A stretch of DNA of 64,000 nucleotides. Origin: Candidatus Atabeyarchaeum deiterrae. GTDB taxonomy: Archaea; Asgardarchaeota; Atabeyarchaeia; Atabeyarchaeales; Atabeyarchaeaceae. Positions 18,916-27,996 of the stretch are shown piece after piece. Where the stretch lies: assembly GCA_037310415.1 (NCBI GenBank), contig CP147780.1, positions 1,312,001-1,376,000 on the forward strand. The letters run 5' to 3'. The notes under the pieces are model-generated. The model had not been told where the DNA came from. It worked only from the letters and a program-made list of their open reading frames with translations, and did not search any database. Position 1 is the first letter of the stretch, and every line of letters starts with the position of its first letter. A program made the translations under genes and the position numbers.

Positions 18916-21642
18916 GTGATGATAAGGAACCACGCCTCCTTGTCGACGTGTTTAGTTATGTCAGTTCTAATCCTGCTCCTTCTCCTTCCAGTGGGACAGG
19001 TCTCCTCACCACAGAGCCTAACGGACACTGCCAAGCCACAGCACTTCCTGACTGGGCCGCCGCCGAACGAAAACGGGTTTGGAGCGGCCTTGAATTTAGC
19101 TGACTCCGTGAATGGATATCAGGCGCATAGCCTAACGACGAGTGACAATTTGTCAACATGTCAAAGTCCATATCGCAACGTTACTCTTACCCAAAACCCG
19201 CCCAGTGGTTTCTCGGTCGCATGGCAGAACCTGTCGGTGTCCACGTTGACAGCTGTTCCAGATTTTAGAGAAGTTCAATACGCATCTGGCTCGACAAGTT
19301 ACCTGAGCCTAGTAAGAACTGGAGGCTTTTCTCGAGCTGCTATGAGATTTAGTCCGCCTGATGCAGTCAATCTGACGAGCGTGTGGCTATACTACGAATC
19401 AGACGAGGCTATACCAAGTGCGCAGCTGCAAGTTTGGTCAAAGGGCACCAACAATGGTACCACTCCTCAGGGAGGATCGGTTATCGCGACTGTCTCGCCT
19501 CTTCCATCAGGACCGGCTGCCTGGCGTAACCTGACATTAAGCAATCCCGTGTTCCTGGCAAATGGCAGCTATTACTGGATTGTGGTAGATGCAAGTAGTA
19601 TCAATCCTAGTAAGTATGTGCGGTGGTACTACATCAATGATTCAGGTGGGCTTTTTGATCAGAAGCTAGCGGCGGCATACACGAGCTCATGGATAGATGA
19701 GATCAACTTCCCTCTCTATTCCCAGCCTTATCTGAACCTCATGCTGGTGCTCAAAGTCTTGCCAGTCGTCAGCGGCAATCCTTCCAAAGTGATGACTTAC
19801 TCTTCGCCGGGTAAGGTCAAGATGAGGGAATTGACCAGCGGTACGCTGATGTCAAATAACTCCACAGGAATACTCGCAACTACTCACAGGTTTATTCTGA
19901 GCACAAACACGTCAGTTAGCTTTGCCGAAAACTGGACTGCAAGATTTGAGAAATATCAGATCGGCGCCGTGCAAACAACCTACAATGCGTTACCCGGATC
20001 GACGTCGTGGGAAGCTCTGTTTTCAAGTTTAGCAAAACCATCGAGCCCGTACGCATGGTACAATAGGACTCTGAAAGTTGTTTCAATCCCGAGCGGCTGG
20101 CAGATCGATCCATTGAACAATGTGACAAATGACAATAACATTAACTTTACAGCATCATTCTTCAATGCCAGCGGGTACCTTTTAATAACGCAGACAGATA
20201 ATTTGATCGTGACTGGAATATGGGATGCATGGTGGACAATCGATGCGAAATCATCTTACCACGTTACTCTGTCAGCGCCCTCACAGGTCATAACGGGACA
20301 ATTATTCAATATTAGCATAACTCCGCCTATTGCCTCCTCCAACTGCAATATTACATTGTATGATGGAGCAGGCTCTAACATATTTAGCAGAAGCTTAGTC
20401 GTACCCCCATTCTCAACGTATTACTTCCCCATCAGACTAAACCAAACTGGGAACTTCAACGTAACCATTTTCGATAGACTCGCTTCTATTCCTGAGGCTA
20501 GTTACACAATACTGCCAACAATCAGCTCCTTACCTGCATTGACTTCTTTAGATCTTCAGTCTTCAACACTCAAGGCAAGCTGGGGAGACATTGTTGCAGT
20601 AACGTTCAGATACATGAACACAACTCTTGGCTCCAACAGAGAGTTCCCTAACCTCCCAGACGTAACCGTTTATTCAGTCAGCGATAACTTCACCATAAGA
20701 AATCTTGAAAGTTTAGGCAGTGGATGGTACTCATTCAATTTTGAAACAAGGTTGCTGCCCACATCCGGTAGCTACATTCTCACGATTGCCCTTTCATATG
20801 AGGGAACCTACCTAAACCAGGAGACCCTGACACTCCAACTGGATCCGCCAGGAATCTCCCCGATATTGTTAGTACTTGTTGGAGGCGGCTCTGGAGGAGC
20901 AGTCATAGCAGTTGTAGCAGCTCGGAGATACTTCGGTGGCAGGAAACTGAAAGAAGAAAAGAAGAGCAAGGTTCTCCTGCAGACCGCAAGTCTAGCCCAG
21001 CTAGTTGTGGTGGACCTTGCAAGCGGTCGATCAGTCTACAGCAGAAGCATTGGAACCGAGGAAAGTGTCGACCCTAACCTCATAAGCGGATTCCTCTCAG
21101 CCAACCAGTCAATCTTGGGCGAAGTTTTCAGGAAGAAAGCCCGCACAGGCTTAAGGTTTGCCGACTACGGTGAATACAAAGTCATTTCCAATGTTGGCGA
21201 TCACGTTCTGTCAGCGTTGTTCGCCACGGAAGCCGCAGGTGAGGAGCTAACAGGTGTGCTTGAGAAATTTACACAGAAATTCGAGAGAAAATACAGTAAG
21301 ACACTCGAAACCTGGGACGGAGATCCCAATGCATTCAAAGATGCCGATGCGATTGCTGACGAGGTGTTTTCACTACCATTGACATCCCCATACGTTCTAA
21401 TGGAACAGGATTTCAGCAAGAGAAGACTTAGCGGCATCGAGAAAAAGGTCGTAGAGGAAGCTAGAAGAATATCGTCTGATCGCGGATTCTTCTTCATGCC
21501 TCGTATTATCGACTTCCTTCTGACAAAGGAAGGAGTGAAGAGAAGCGAGACTATAGATGTCATCAGATCTCTTGTAGACAAAGGCATACTCAAACAGCTC
21601 ACCGTGAGTCAAGCTGCGGAACTCAGCGACAAAGGAGGATAA
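18916..21642 (+). CDS. Single-pass surface protein with cytoplasmic longin-like and winged-helix-like domains (paralogue 1)
   Basis: Signal peptide; S/T/N-rich beta ectodomain with many NxS/T sequons; TM followed by RRY; longin-type LVVVDLASGRSVYSR..VDPNLISGFLSA..FTQKFERKY..WDGD; C-terminal IRSLVDKGIL. Confidence 0.8.
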   Translation: MMIRNHASLSTCLVMSVLILLLLLPVGQVSSPQSLTDTAKPQHFLTGPPPNENGFGAALNLADSVNGYQAHSLTTSDNLSTCQSPYRNVTLTQNPPSGFSVAWQNLSVSTLTAVPDFREVQYASGSTSYLSLVRTGGFSRAAMRFSPPDAVNLTSVWLYYESDEAIPSAQLQVWSKGTNNGTTPQGGSVIATVSPLPSGPAAWRNLTLSNPVFLANGSYYWIVVDASSINPSKYVRWYYINDSGGLFDQKLAAAYTSSWIDEINFPLYSQPYLNLMLVLKVLPVVSGNPSKVMTYSSPGKVKMRELTSGTLMSNNSTGILATTHRFILSTNTSVSFAENWTARFEKYQIGAVQTTYNALPGSTSWEALFSSLAKPSSPYAWYNRTLKVVSIPSGWQIDPLNNVTNDNNINFTASFFNASGYLLITQTDNLIVTGIWDAWWTIDAKSSYHVTLSAPSQVITGQLFNISITPPIASSNCNITLYDGAGSNIFSRSLVVPPFSTYYFPIRLNQTGNFNVTIFDRLASIPEASYTILPTISSLPALTSLDLQSSTLKASWGDIVAVTFRYMNTTLGSNREFPNLPDVTVYSVSDNFTIRNLESLGSGWYSFNFETRLLPTSGSYILTIALSYEGTYLNQETLTLQLDPPGISPILLVLVGGGSGGAVIAVVAARRYFGGRKLKEEKKSKVLLQTASLAQLVVVDLASGRSVYSRSIGTEESVDPNLISGFLSANQSILGEVFRKKARTGLRFADYGEYKVISNVGDHVLSALFATEAAGEELTGVLEKFTQKFERKYSKTLETWDGDPNAFKDADAIADEVFSLPLTSPYVLMEQDFSKRRLSGIEKKVVEEARRISSDRGFFFMPRIIDFLLTKEGVKRSETIDVIRSLVDKGILKQLTVSQAAELSDKGG
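21076..21114 (+). repeat. 39-bp exact direct repeat shared with 24708-24746 (longin core of the two paralogues)
   Basis: AACCTCATAAGCGGATTCCTCTCAGCCAACCAGTCAATC present in both genes. Confidence 0.9.
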
Positions 21643-21855
21643 GTGGACGACTGATAACTACAATGGAGGACCGATTTTACCTGCGACTGGCAAGAACGAC
21701 AATTCGACCGACGACATCACGGTCATGTAGTTGAAGTTTGCATCAGAAAGAAACAGTTCTGGCAAGAATCGGGCACAACCTACTGAAGAACTGATTTGCT
21801 GTTATGACTTTGCCGTTATGGGCTTTTCGCAATAGAATTTCGTGAGGCTGCGAAA

Positions 21856-21881
21856 TTGTTAGGAAGACATATTAAGCGCCC
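21856..21881 (+). promoter_or_regulatory. Promoter (BRE+TATA) of second longin-tailed surface protein
   Basis: Near-identical copy of 18836-18861, offset 3020 bp, the same as the offset of the start codons. Confidence 0.7.
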
Positions 21882-21935
21882 CCATTGAGTACTAGTTCTT
21901 AGAGAGCGGAAATCACTGATGTAGGGGACCCTTTC

Positions 21936-24900
21936 ATGAGGCGAAAGTCTTCACGCCTTTTCACTCTACTCATCTTGTCAACTCTGATTGTTTCAATGGC
22001 AAGCATCCCAAGCCTTGTTCCTACGACATTTTCGTCGATTAACTCTGCTAAGCCTGAGAATTCCTTCTTCGCGCCACCTGCGAACCAGAATGCTTCTGGA
22101 TCACCAGCGAATCTGATGGAGTCCGTGAACGGATGGCGGGCGACCACTACGATGAAGGCGAACAACACGCGCGCGGACACGAATGACCGCAACGCGACGT
22201 TCTCGGAATCTCCAGTAAGTGGGTTCTCGCTTGCATGGCAGAACGTCACAATATCGAACCTGACGGCGACCAACGACGCTAGGGAAGTGCAGGGTGGGAG
22301 TACCGCTACCTTTGTAGGTATTAATGGGGATCCAAGCAACAATCAAGGGCTTGCTATGAGGATCACCACTACGGACAAGGTGAACCTGACGGGTATCTGG
22401 ATTTATTACACACTCACAGGATCATTGACAGTTCCCTTGACGGTTCTCTCATCAACGACGGCTTCTGCAACCCCAACCGGGTCGGTAATCGCGCAAGGAA
22501 CCGTTGAAGGAACAGGAGGAGGAGCTGTCTGGGGCTACGTGAAATTCAATGCGCCAGCCACCATTACGGAGGTTGACTACGTGTGGATAGTCGTGAACGC
22601 CTCCTCCTTGAGTAGCGCACAGTTCTTCAACTGGGGGTACAAACAGGATTCGGGAGGAGCGGATTCTCACTTGGCGTCGGCAGGCGTTGATGGTGTTGGA
22701 TGGGTAAGTGAGTTTTTCATTCTTACTCCTCACCAATATATCAATTTCTTGCTTGTCTTGAACGTCTTGCCAGTGGATGTCAGTGGACAGCACGTTAGGA
22801 CTTACAACGCTCCTGACCAAGTCAACATGTACCTGAACGCTACGACGCAGATCGTAAACAATGTTACCCGCGTCTCAAACTCCTACCACACCTTTGTTCT
22901 GAGCGCGAACACATCCATTACCTTCACGGTGAACTGGACTGCTAGGTTTGAGTTCTCTCAGCCGAATGCAGTCTCAACCCACTACATCGCGGAGAACGCC
23001 CTCACGCTCTGGAATGCGACGTTTGTTAGTGGGAGCAAGCCGTCCAACCCATACACCTGGTATAACCGGACGCTCAAGGTCAGCCCGATTCCATCACTCT
23101 GGACCGTACCAGATCCCTCATCAAATGTAACCAGCATCCCTTACATAGGCTTCAGTTTCACCGCTGGGTCAGGCTCCTTCCTGATAACACAGACGGGCAA
23201 CGTTAATGGTTCTGGTCCTTGGGGCGCAGGATGGCTGATAAGAGCCCAATCATCCTACTCTGTCAAAGGGACAGCGGCCTCACAAGTCATAAGGGGGTTA
23301 CCGTTAACAGTAGACATATCAACAGCGCCGCTCTCTCCGAGTCACTGTAGCTTCACTCTCTACAATGGTCTAGGTTCCGCCATCTACAGCAGGATTCTAG
23401 TGGTTCCTTCTACCTCATATTCTCTTCAAGTAAGGCTTAATGAGACTGGCGTTCACACGGCATATCTCTTTGACACGTGGGACAGTGGAAATGAGGTGAG
23501 CCTCAATAGCACTCTGACCGTGGCTGCCCTTCAACCCCTGTCTAATGTTACAATTACTGGCATCAACCAGCCCATACTCTGGAACGACGCAATAGTCAAC
23601 TTCAAGTTTCTCAACAACTCGGCAGGTGGAATAGCTGTTTCACCACTGCAGGTTACTATCAACGGAACACCTCCGTCGGGTGGATTCACCTATAACGGTG
23701 GCACTGGCGTTGTGACGGCGACGTGGAGTACTGCCACAGGCGGATGGCACTCAGGTATTAACTATGTCAACATAACCGCTGTGAGTGGCGTGTTCAGCAA
23801 TAAGACGGTTACTTTGATCAACATAACCGCCCCGAACGCTCTATTGCAGCTGAACGCAGCGCCTTACTCTGGCACCTACGGAGAGTCCATCTTGATTCGT
23901 TTCAGGTTTCTCAATAATACTGGTGGGATTCCTTCTGACATGCCTTCGTTAACGAGCTTTCTACTTAACAGTACCCTTTTTAGCCACACCTCTGCTGTAG
24001 GCGGATGGTATAATTGCACTGTTGATACGGCAGGCAGGTTCCCCATGACGGGGAATGTATCATTCCCCTCTGTGACATATTTCCTCAACTTCACTGCGAC
24101 GTATGGCGCCTATACTGCAAAGAACATAACGAGATTGACACTCTCAAGGATCCCTATGACGTTGGTGCTCACCGTGGACCAGACATCTGTTACAGCAGGA
24201 TCGTCCATCTCCGCTTCAGCGACATTGAGATACAACCTTGGGGCGAATCAGAGCTTTGCCCCTAATGGGCTCACGATCAGTTTCCAGTTTATAGTCAAAT
24301 ACACCAACGGCTCCACAGGCAACATAACCAAAGATGCAAGCATTCTCAGCGGGGTGGCCTCATCCTCACTTGCTACTGCAGGCGACATGACGTCAATTAC
24401 AGTCAATGCGACTTTTGTGCAGGACTATTTCAGGCTAAATGCAACCGCTTTGAGTAGCGAAGTCCTCGTAACACCGCCTCCTCCATTCCCCACAATGTTA
24501 GTCGTGCTGGCGGGCGGCGGAACTGGTGCCATTATCATAGGTGCCATAGTTGCAGCGAGAGTTCGGAGTAGGCGTAGGCTTCGCGAAGAGGCGAAGGCAT
24601 TAGTTCTCAGGCAGACCGCGAGCCTAGCTCGTCTAATTGTTGTGCACCTTGCGAGTGGCCGAAGCGTCTTCAGCAGGAGTCTTGGAACGGAAGAGGCTGT
24701 TGACCCCAACCTCATAAGCGGATTCCTCTCAGCCAACCAGTCAATCCTGCAAGAAGTCTTCCAGAAGAAGACTGGTGCGGGACTAAGATTTGCAGACTAC
24801 GGTGAATACAAGGTTGTCTCGCATCTGGGCAATTACGTCATGGCAACGCTGTTCTGCACGGAGGCTGCAGGAGAGGAATTACGGAGTGTGCTTGAGCAGT

Positions 24901-25292
24901 TCTCAGAGAAGTTCGAGAAAAAATATTCCAAGACCCTTGAGGCCTGGGATGGAGACATGGAAGCATTCAAAGACGCTGATGCAGTCGCCGACGAATACTT
25001 TAGTCTTCCGCTATGTTCGCCGTATGTCGTTGTTGGAGAGGATTTCACCCACAGAAGGCTAAGCGGCGACGAGAGAAAGGTCATAGAGGAAGCACAAAGA
25101 CTCTCCGCTGGAAGAGGATTCTTCTTCATAACCCTCATAATTGACTTCTTACTGACCAAGCAAGGCATGAAGAGAAGCAAGACGGTAGAAGTAATCAGAT
25201 CGCTCACGAACAGAGGGATATTCAGACAAGTGACTGTGGACGAAGCCGCGGAACTAGGCAGAGTGCAACAAGAAGCCAGTACACAACCCTGA
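21936..25292 (+). CDS. Single-pass surface protein with cytoplasmic longin-like and winged-helix-like domains (paralogue 2, longer ectodomain)
   Basis: Collinear paralogue of 18916..21642 (ANLxxSVNG, SGFSxAWQN, PYxWYNRTLKV, VDPNLISGFLSANQSIL) with ~210 extra aa before the TM. Confidence 0.8.
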   Translation: MRRKSSRLFTLLILSTLIVSMASIPSLVPTTFSSINSAKPENSFFAPPANQNASGSPANLMESVNGWRATTTMKANNTRADTNDRNATFSESPVSGFSLAWQNVTISNLTATNDAREVQGGSTATFVGINGDPSNNQGLAMRITTTDKVNLTGIWIYYTLTGSLTVPLTVLSSTTASATPTGSVIAQGTVEGTGGGAVWGYVKFNAPATITEVDYVWIVVNASSLSSAQFFNWGYKQDSGGADSHLASAGVDGVGWVSEFFILTPHQYINFLLVLNVLPVDVSGQHVRTYNAPDQVNMYLNATTQIVNNVTRVSNSYHTFVLSANTSITFTVNWTARFEFSQPNAVSTHYIAENALTLWNATFVSGSKPSNPYTWYNRTLKVSPIPSLWTVPDPSSNVTSIPYIGFSFTAGSGSFLITQTGNVNGSGPWGAGWLIRAQSSYSVKGTAASQVIRGLPLTVDISTAPLSPSHCSFTLYNGLGSAIYSRILVVPSTSYSLQVRLNETGVHTAYLFDTWDSGNEVSLNSTLTVAALQPLSNVTITGINQPILWNDAIVNFKFLNNSAGGIAVSPLQVTINGTPPSGGFTYNGGTGVVTATWSTATGGWHSGINYVNITAVSGVFSNKTVTLINITAPNALLQLNAAPYSGTYGESILIRFRFLNNTGGIPSDMPSLTSFLLNSTLFSHTSAVGGWYNCTVDTAGRFPMTGNVSFPSVTYFLNFTATYGAYTAKNITRLTLSRIPMTLVLTVDQTSVTAGSSISASATLRYNLGANQSFAPNGLTISFQFIVKYTNGSTGNITKDASILSGVASSSLATAGDMTSITVNATFVQDYFRLNATALSSEVLVTPPPPFPTMLVVLAGGGTGAIIIGAIVAARVRSRRRLREEAKALVLRQTASLARLIVVHLASGRSVFSRSLGTEEAVDPNLISGFLSANQSILQEVFQKKTGAGLRFADYGEYKVVSHLGNYVMATLFCTEAAGEELRSVLEQFSEKFEKKYSKTLEAWDGDMEAFKDADAVADEYFSLPLCSPYVVVGEDFTHRRLSGDERKVIEEAQRLSAGRGFFFITLIIDFLLTKQGMKRSKTVEVIRSLTNRGIFRQVTVDEAAELGRVQQEASTQP

Positions 25293-25357
25293 TGACATAC
25301 AAGAAGTGAAAGAGAAGAGTTGTGAGAGATCTTTCCCGTTAGGCTGCGAAGACCTCT

Positions 25358-25549
25358 CTATTTCTTTTGCCTCTTCAGTCTCTCTTCGAACAGCTCGCTG
25401 GCCTTCTCCTTGTCCATGATTTTACCTGGCTTACTTTTCTCAAGTTCCTCTTTTCTCCTGTTCTGCAACTTGGCTATCATTTCTTTGTCCTTTTTCAGCT
25501 GCTCAGGACTCGGAGGAGCTTCATCGTCATCCTTTGGCGTCACAACCAC
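25358..25549 (-). CDS. Small highly charged hypothetical protein (63 aa)
   Basis: K/E-rich ORF filling an intergenic gap; TTTATA upstream on minus strand. Confidence 0.55.
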   Translation of the reverse strand: MVVTPKDDDEAPPSPEQLKKDKEMIAKLQNRRKEELEKSKPGKIMDKEKASELFEERLKRQKK

Positions 25550-25627
25550 CCTCTAGGGATCCTGCGATAGGGTAAGGAGAGCACATGATATAAACCATAT
25601 TGCCGTGGTACGCCACCTTTTCTCCAA

Positions 25628-26326
25628 TCATAGGACCAGTTCCTCTAGTTCTGTCAGCGAACTGAGTTGAAAGGTGGTATTTGCGCTTTTCTGTTTCATT
25701 TTGTCTTTCATTCTTGCCCTTTTTCCTCGCGTGATGAGTGCTGTGAGTGCCCCACTCTTTTCGCCTGCGATAATATCGGTTTCGTTGTCCCCTACTACGA
25801 TGGATTTTGAAGGATCTTCGTGCAACTCATTTAGGCAGCGGAGTATTCCGTCTGGCTCAGGCTTGGGCCTCAGATTGTTCCTGAAATCACCCAAAGCTAC
25901 AACGCTGTCAAAGTACTTGCTGAGCTCAAAGTACTGAAGTTCCAATGAGACAGCTTTTAACGAAGAATTCGAAACCAAACCCAGCTTCAGTTTGCCCCAT
26001 AATTTGCCCAGAATGTCTGCATCATCGTACAGCCGCACCTTACCTGTTCCCATGAGTTCCTTTTTCAGGTCATACTCATTGGAGCTGAGAATGTCGAGAA
26101 AGGACCTCCTGTCTGCAGCGTCTTTGATGCCCCATTTTCGAAGTAGAAGTAAAAATCCACCGCCAGAGAACCAAAACCCAATTCTATCTTTTGAGCTGGT
26201 TCTCTTCACACCGAACTGACGGAGAGTCCTCTTGAGCAATTCATCGCCAACCCACCTGAGGTTGTCGACTTCGATAAGTGTCCCATCGAGGTCAAAAATG
26301 ACCGCCGAGAACCCATTGTCCGTCAT
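25628..26326 (-). CDS. HAD-family hydrolase (phosphoglycolate phosphatase-like)
   Basis: VIFDLDGTL, LGLVSN, KPEPDGI, VVGDNETDIIAG; ORF to 26401. Confidence 0.88.
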   Translation of the reverse strand: MTDNGFSAVIFDLDGTLIEVDNLRWVGDELLKRTLRQFGVKRTSSKDRIGFWFSGGGFLLLLRKWGIKDAADRRSFLDILSSNEYDLKKELMGTGKVRLYDDADILGKLWGKLKLGLVSNSSLKAVSLELQYFELSKYFDSVVALGDFRNNLRPKPEPDGILRCLNELHEDPSKSIVVGDNETDIIAGEKSGALTALITRGKRARMKDKMKQKSANTTFQLSSLTELEELVL

Positions 26327-26455
26327 TCTGACTCTCCCATACTGTTTTTCCAACAGAGTTTTATGTCTCGTAGCCTCTTCAAATATGCGACTGATGATCA
26401 CATTTAGTCATATACGCTGCCCTATCAACAAATAAATGTGCATATTGGCGGATGA

Positions 26456-27004
26456 TTGAAGATGTTGAAAGCTGAAAAGAAAGATACAGACTTCCTTGCT
26501 GAGTTGTCGAAGCGGAAGCTGATCGACCTCCTTTTACTTCATGTACGGAACCTATGGAGAGTAGACGGGCTTTACTTCATGGGAATAGAGAAAAAGTTTG
26601 GCACTGAAGCCGCTACTGAGATAGATGCAAGTTGCTGGAAAACCATGGGGAAATTGGAGGCAAGGGAACTCCAGGAAAAGCTCCACGTTAAGAAAGAGCA
26701 CTTGGATATCCCGTCAGTTTTGTGGATTCTGAGGAATACCAGTTGGGCGCTCTACCAACTTCATAAGGAGGTGGAACTGATGGAAGATGGAACGGGAATC
26801 TTCAGAGTGAGGAAGTGCAGGACACAAGAAACGCGAATCCAGAAAGGGTTACACGAATTCCCCTGCAAAAATGTAAGGTATGATTACCTTAAGAGTTTCG
26901 TTGAAGAACTCAATCCAGAACTTGAAGTTGTCAGTAAAACCTGTCCACCAGATGCCCATCCGCAAGACGTTTGGTGTGAATGGGAGCTCAGAAAGAAGAA
27001 GTGA
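26456..27004 (+). CDS. DUF6125-like protein (V4R-like fold, Cys-rich)
   Basis: LWRVDGLYF..E.KFG.EAA..ID, CRTQ..R...G..EFPCK, CPPD.HP..WCEW. Confidence 0.7.
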   Translation: MKMLKAEKKDTDFLAELSKRKLIDLLLLHVRNLWRVDGLYFMGIEKKFGTEAATEIDASCWKTMGKLEARELQEKLHVKKEHLDIPSVLWILRNTSWALYQLHKEVELMEDGTGIFRVRKCRTQETRIQKGLHEFPCKNVRYDYLKSFVEELNPELEVVSKTCPPDAHPQDVWCEWELRKKK

Positions 27005-27139
27005 TCATGACAGCGGAAATGCTTTGACAGAAGTGTAATATGCGACGAGGCGCACAGATCATACAGGTCGCCTCGTTTTGTTGGCGCGCTGCTCACGTTC
27101 CTCGCTTCCCATATCTGCGTCTCATCAAGGAGGAAGATT

Positions 27140-27850
27140 ATGTCGATTAGTAGGTTCAAGACATTCTCGCCAGCTCTTGACAAGATTTTGGGTGGTGGAC
27201 TGCCCCGGTCAAGTCTCATCCTATTCGAGGTTTCTCCCGGCACCTACGCTTGGCACTATGCTGTGAAAGTTCTAGTTGATGGCCTCAATGAGGGGGACCT
27301 CGGAATCTACTTGACCTTCGATCACTCACCGAATCTGATTAGGAACCGCTTGAAGAGTTTCGACTGGGATATTGCGGAGTCTGAGACTTCGCGCAGGTTC
27401 TTCATAGTCAACGCCTTCAGGTGGGGCGAGAAGGAGGAAAAGTATGTCATCAAAGATCCTTCAAATGATGGTGAAGTCGTGAATGTCTTCGCTACAATAA
27501 GAGACAATGCGTCTGGTGCACTGCTCGACAAATGCCGGTGCGTCGTAGATTCAACTATCGCATTGTTCTTCAATTATGGGGCGGCGAAGATGGTTTCATT
27601 CGCACTTCTTCTCAGAGAAGTGTCCGTCAAGTTGGGCATTACTTCAATTCTCATCTCGCCGATGGCTATTGGGAGACGTATCAATGATATCCTCGCGTAC
27701 AACTCTGATGTTGTTATTGAATTCAAGGAATTTGAAGAAGGCGAAAGGCTAGTCAGTAAAATGCGTGTCAAGAAAATGTTAAGCCGAGGATCGTCTTCTT
27801 GGATACCTTATACGCTCAGTGGTAACAAGATCTCAATCGAAGGTGACTAG
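27140..27850 (+). CDS. KaiC/RAD55-like RecA-fold protein with degenerate Walker A
   Basis: LDKILGGGLPRSSLIL, IYLTFDHSP, CVVDS, DVVIEF, MRVKKM; Walker A position reads SPGTYAW (no GKT). Confidence 0.8.
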   Translation: MSISRFKTFSPALDKILGGGLPRSSLILFEVSPGTYAWHYAVKVLVDGLNEGDLGIYLTFDHSPNLIRNRLKSFDWDIAESETSRRFFIVNAFRWGEKEEKYVIKDPSNDGEVVNVFATIRDNASGALLDKCRCVVDSTIALFFNYGAAKMVSFALLLREVSVKLGITSILISPMAIGRRINDILAYNSDVVIEFKEFEEGERLVSKMRVKKMLSRGSSSWIPYTLSGNKISIEGD

Positions 27851-27996
27851 ACACCACTACTCACTGGCTCAACTATCTTGGGCTTTGGATCTCCGCAAGT
27901 CTGCGGGAAGATGAAGTAAATACAGTATATTCATCGAGTCCGATCTTCAAAGTCACGGAAGGCATGAGAATACTGATCTTCAATGTGCCCTTGATG

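Noticed and set aside
25358-25549. Resemblance of the 63-aa charged protein to eukaryotic small helical proteins
   Set aside because: Low-complexity K/E composition makes the similarity uninformative.
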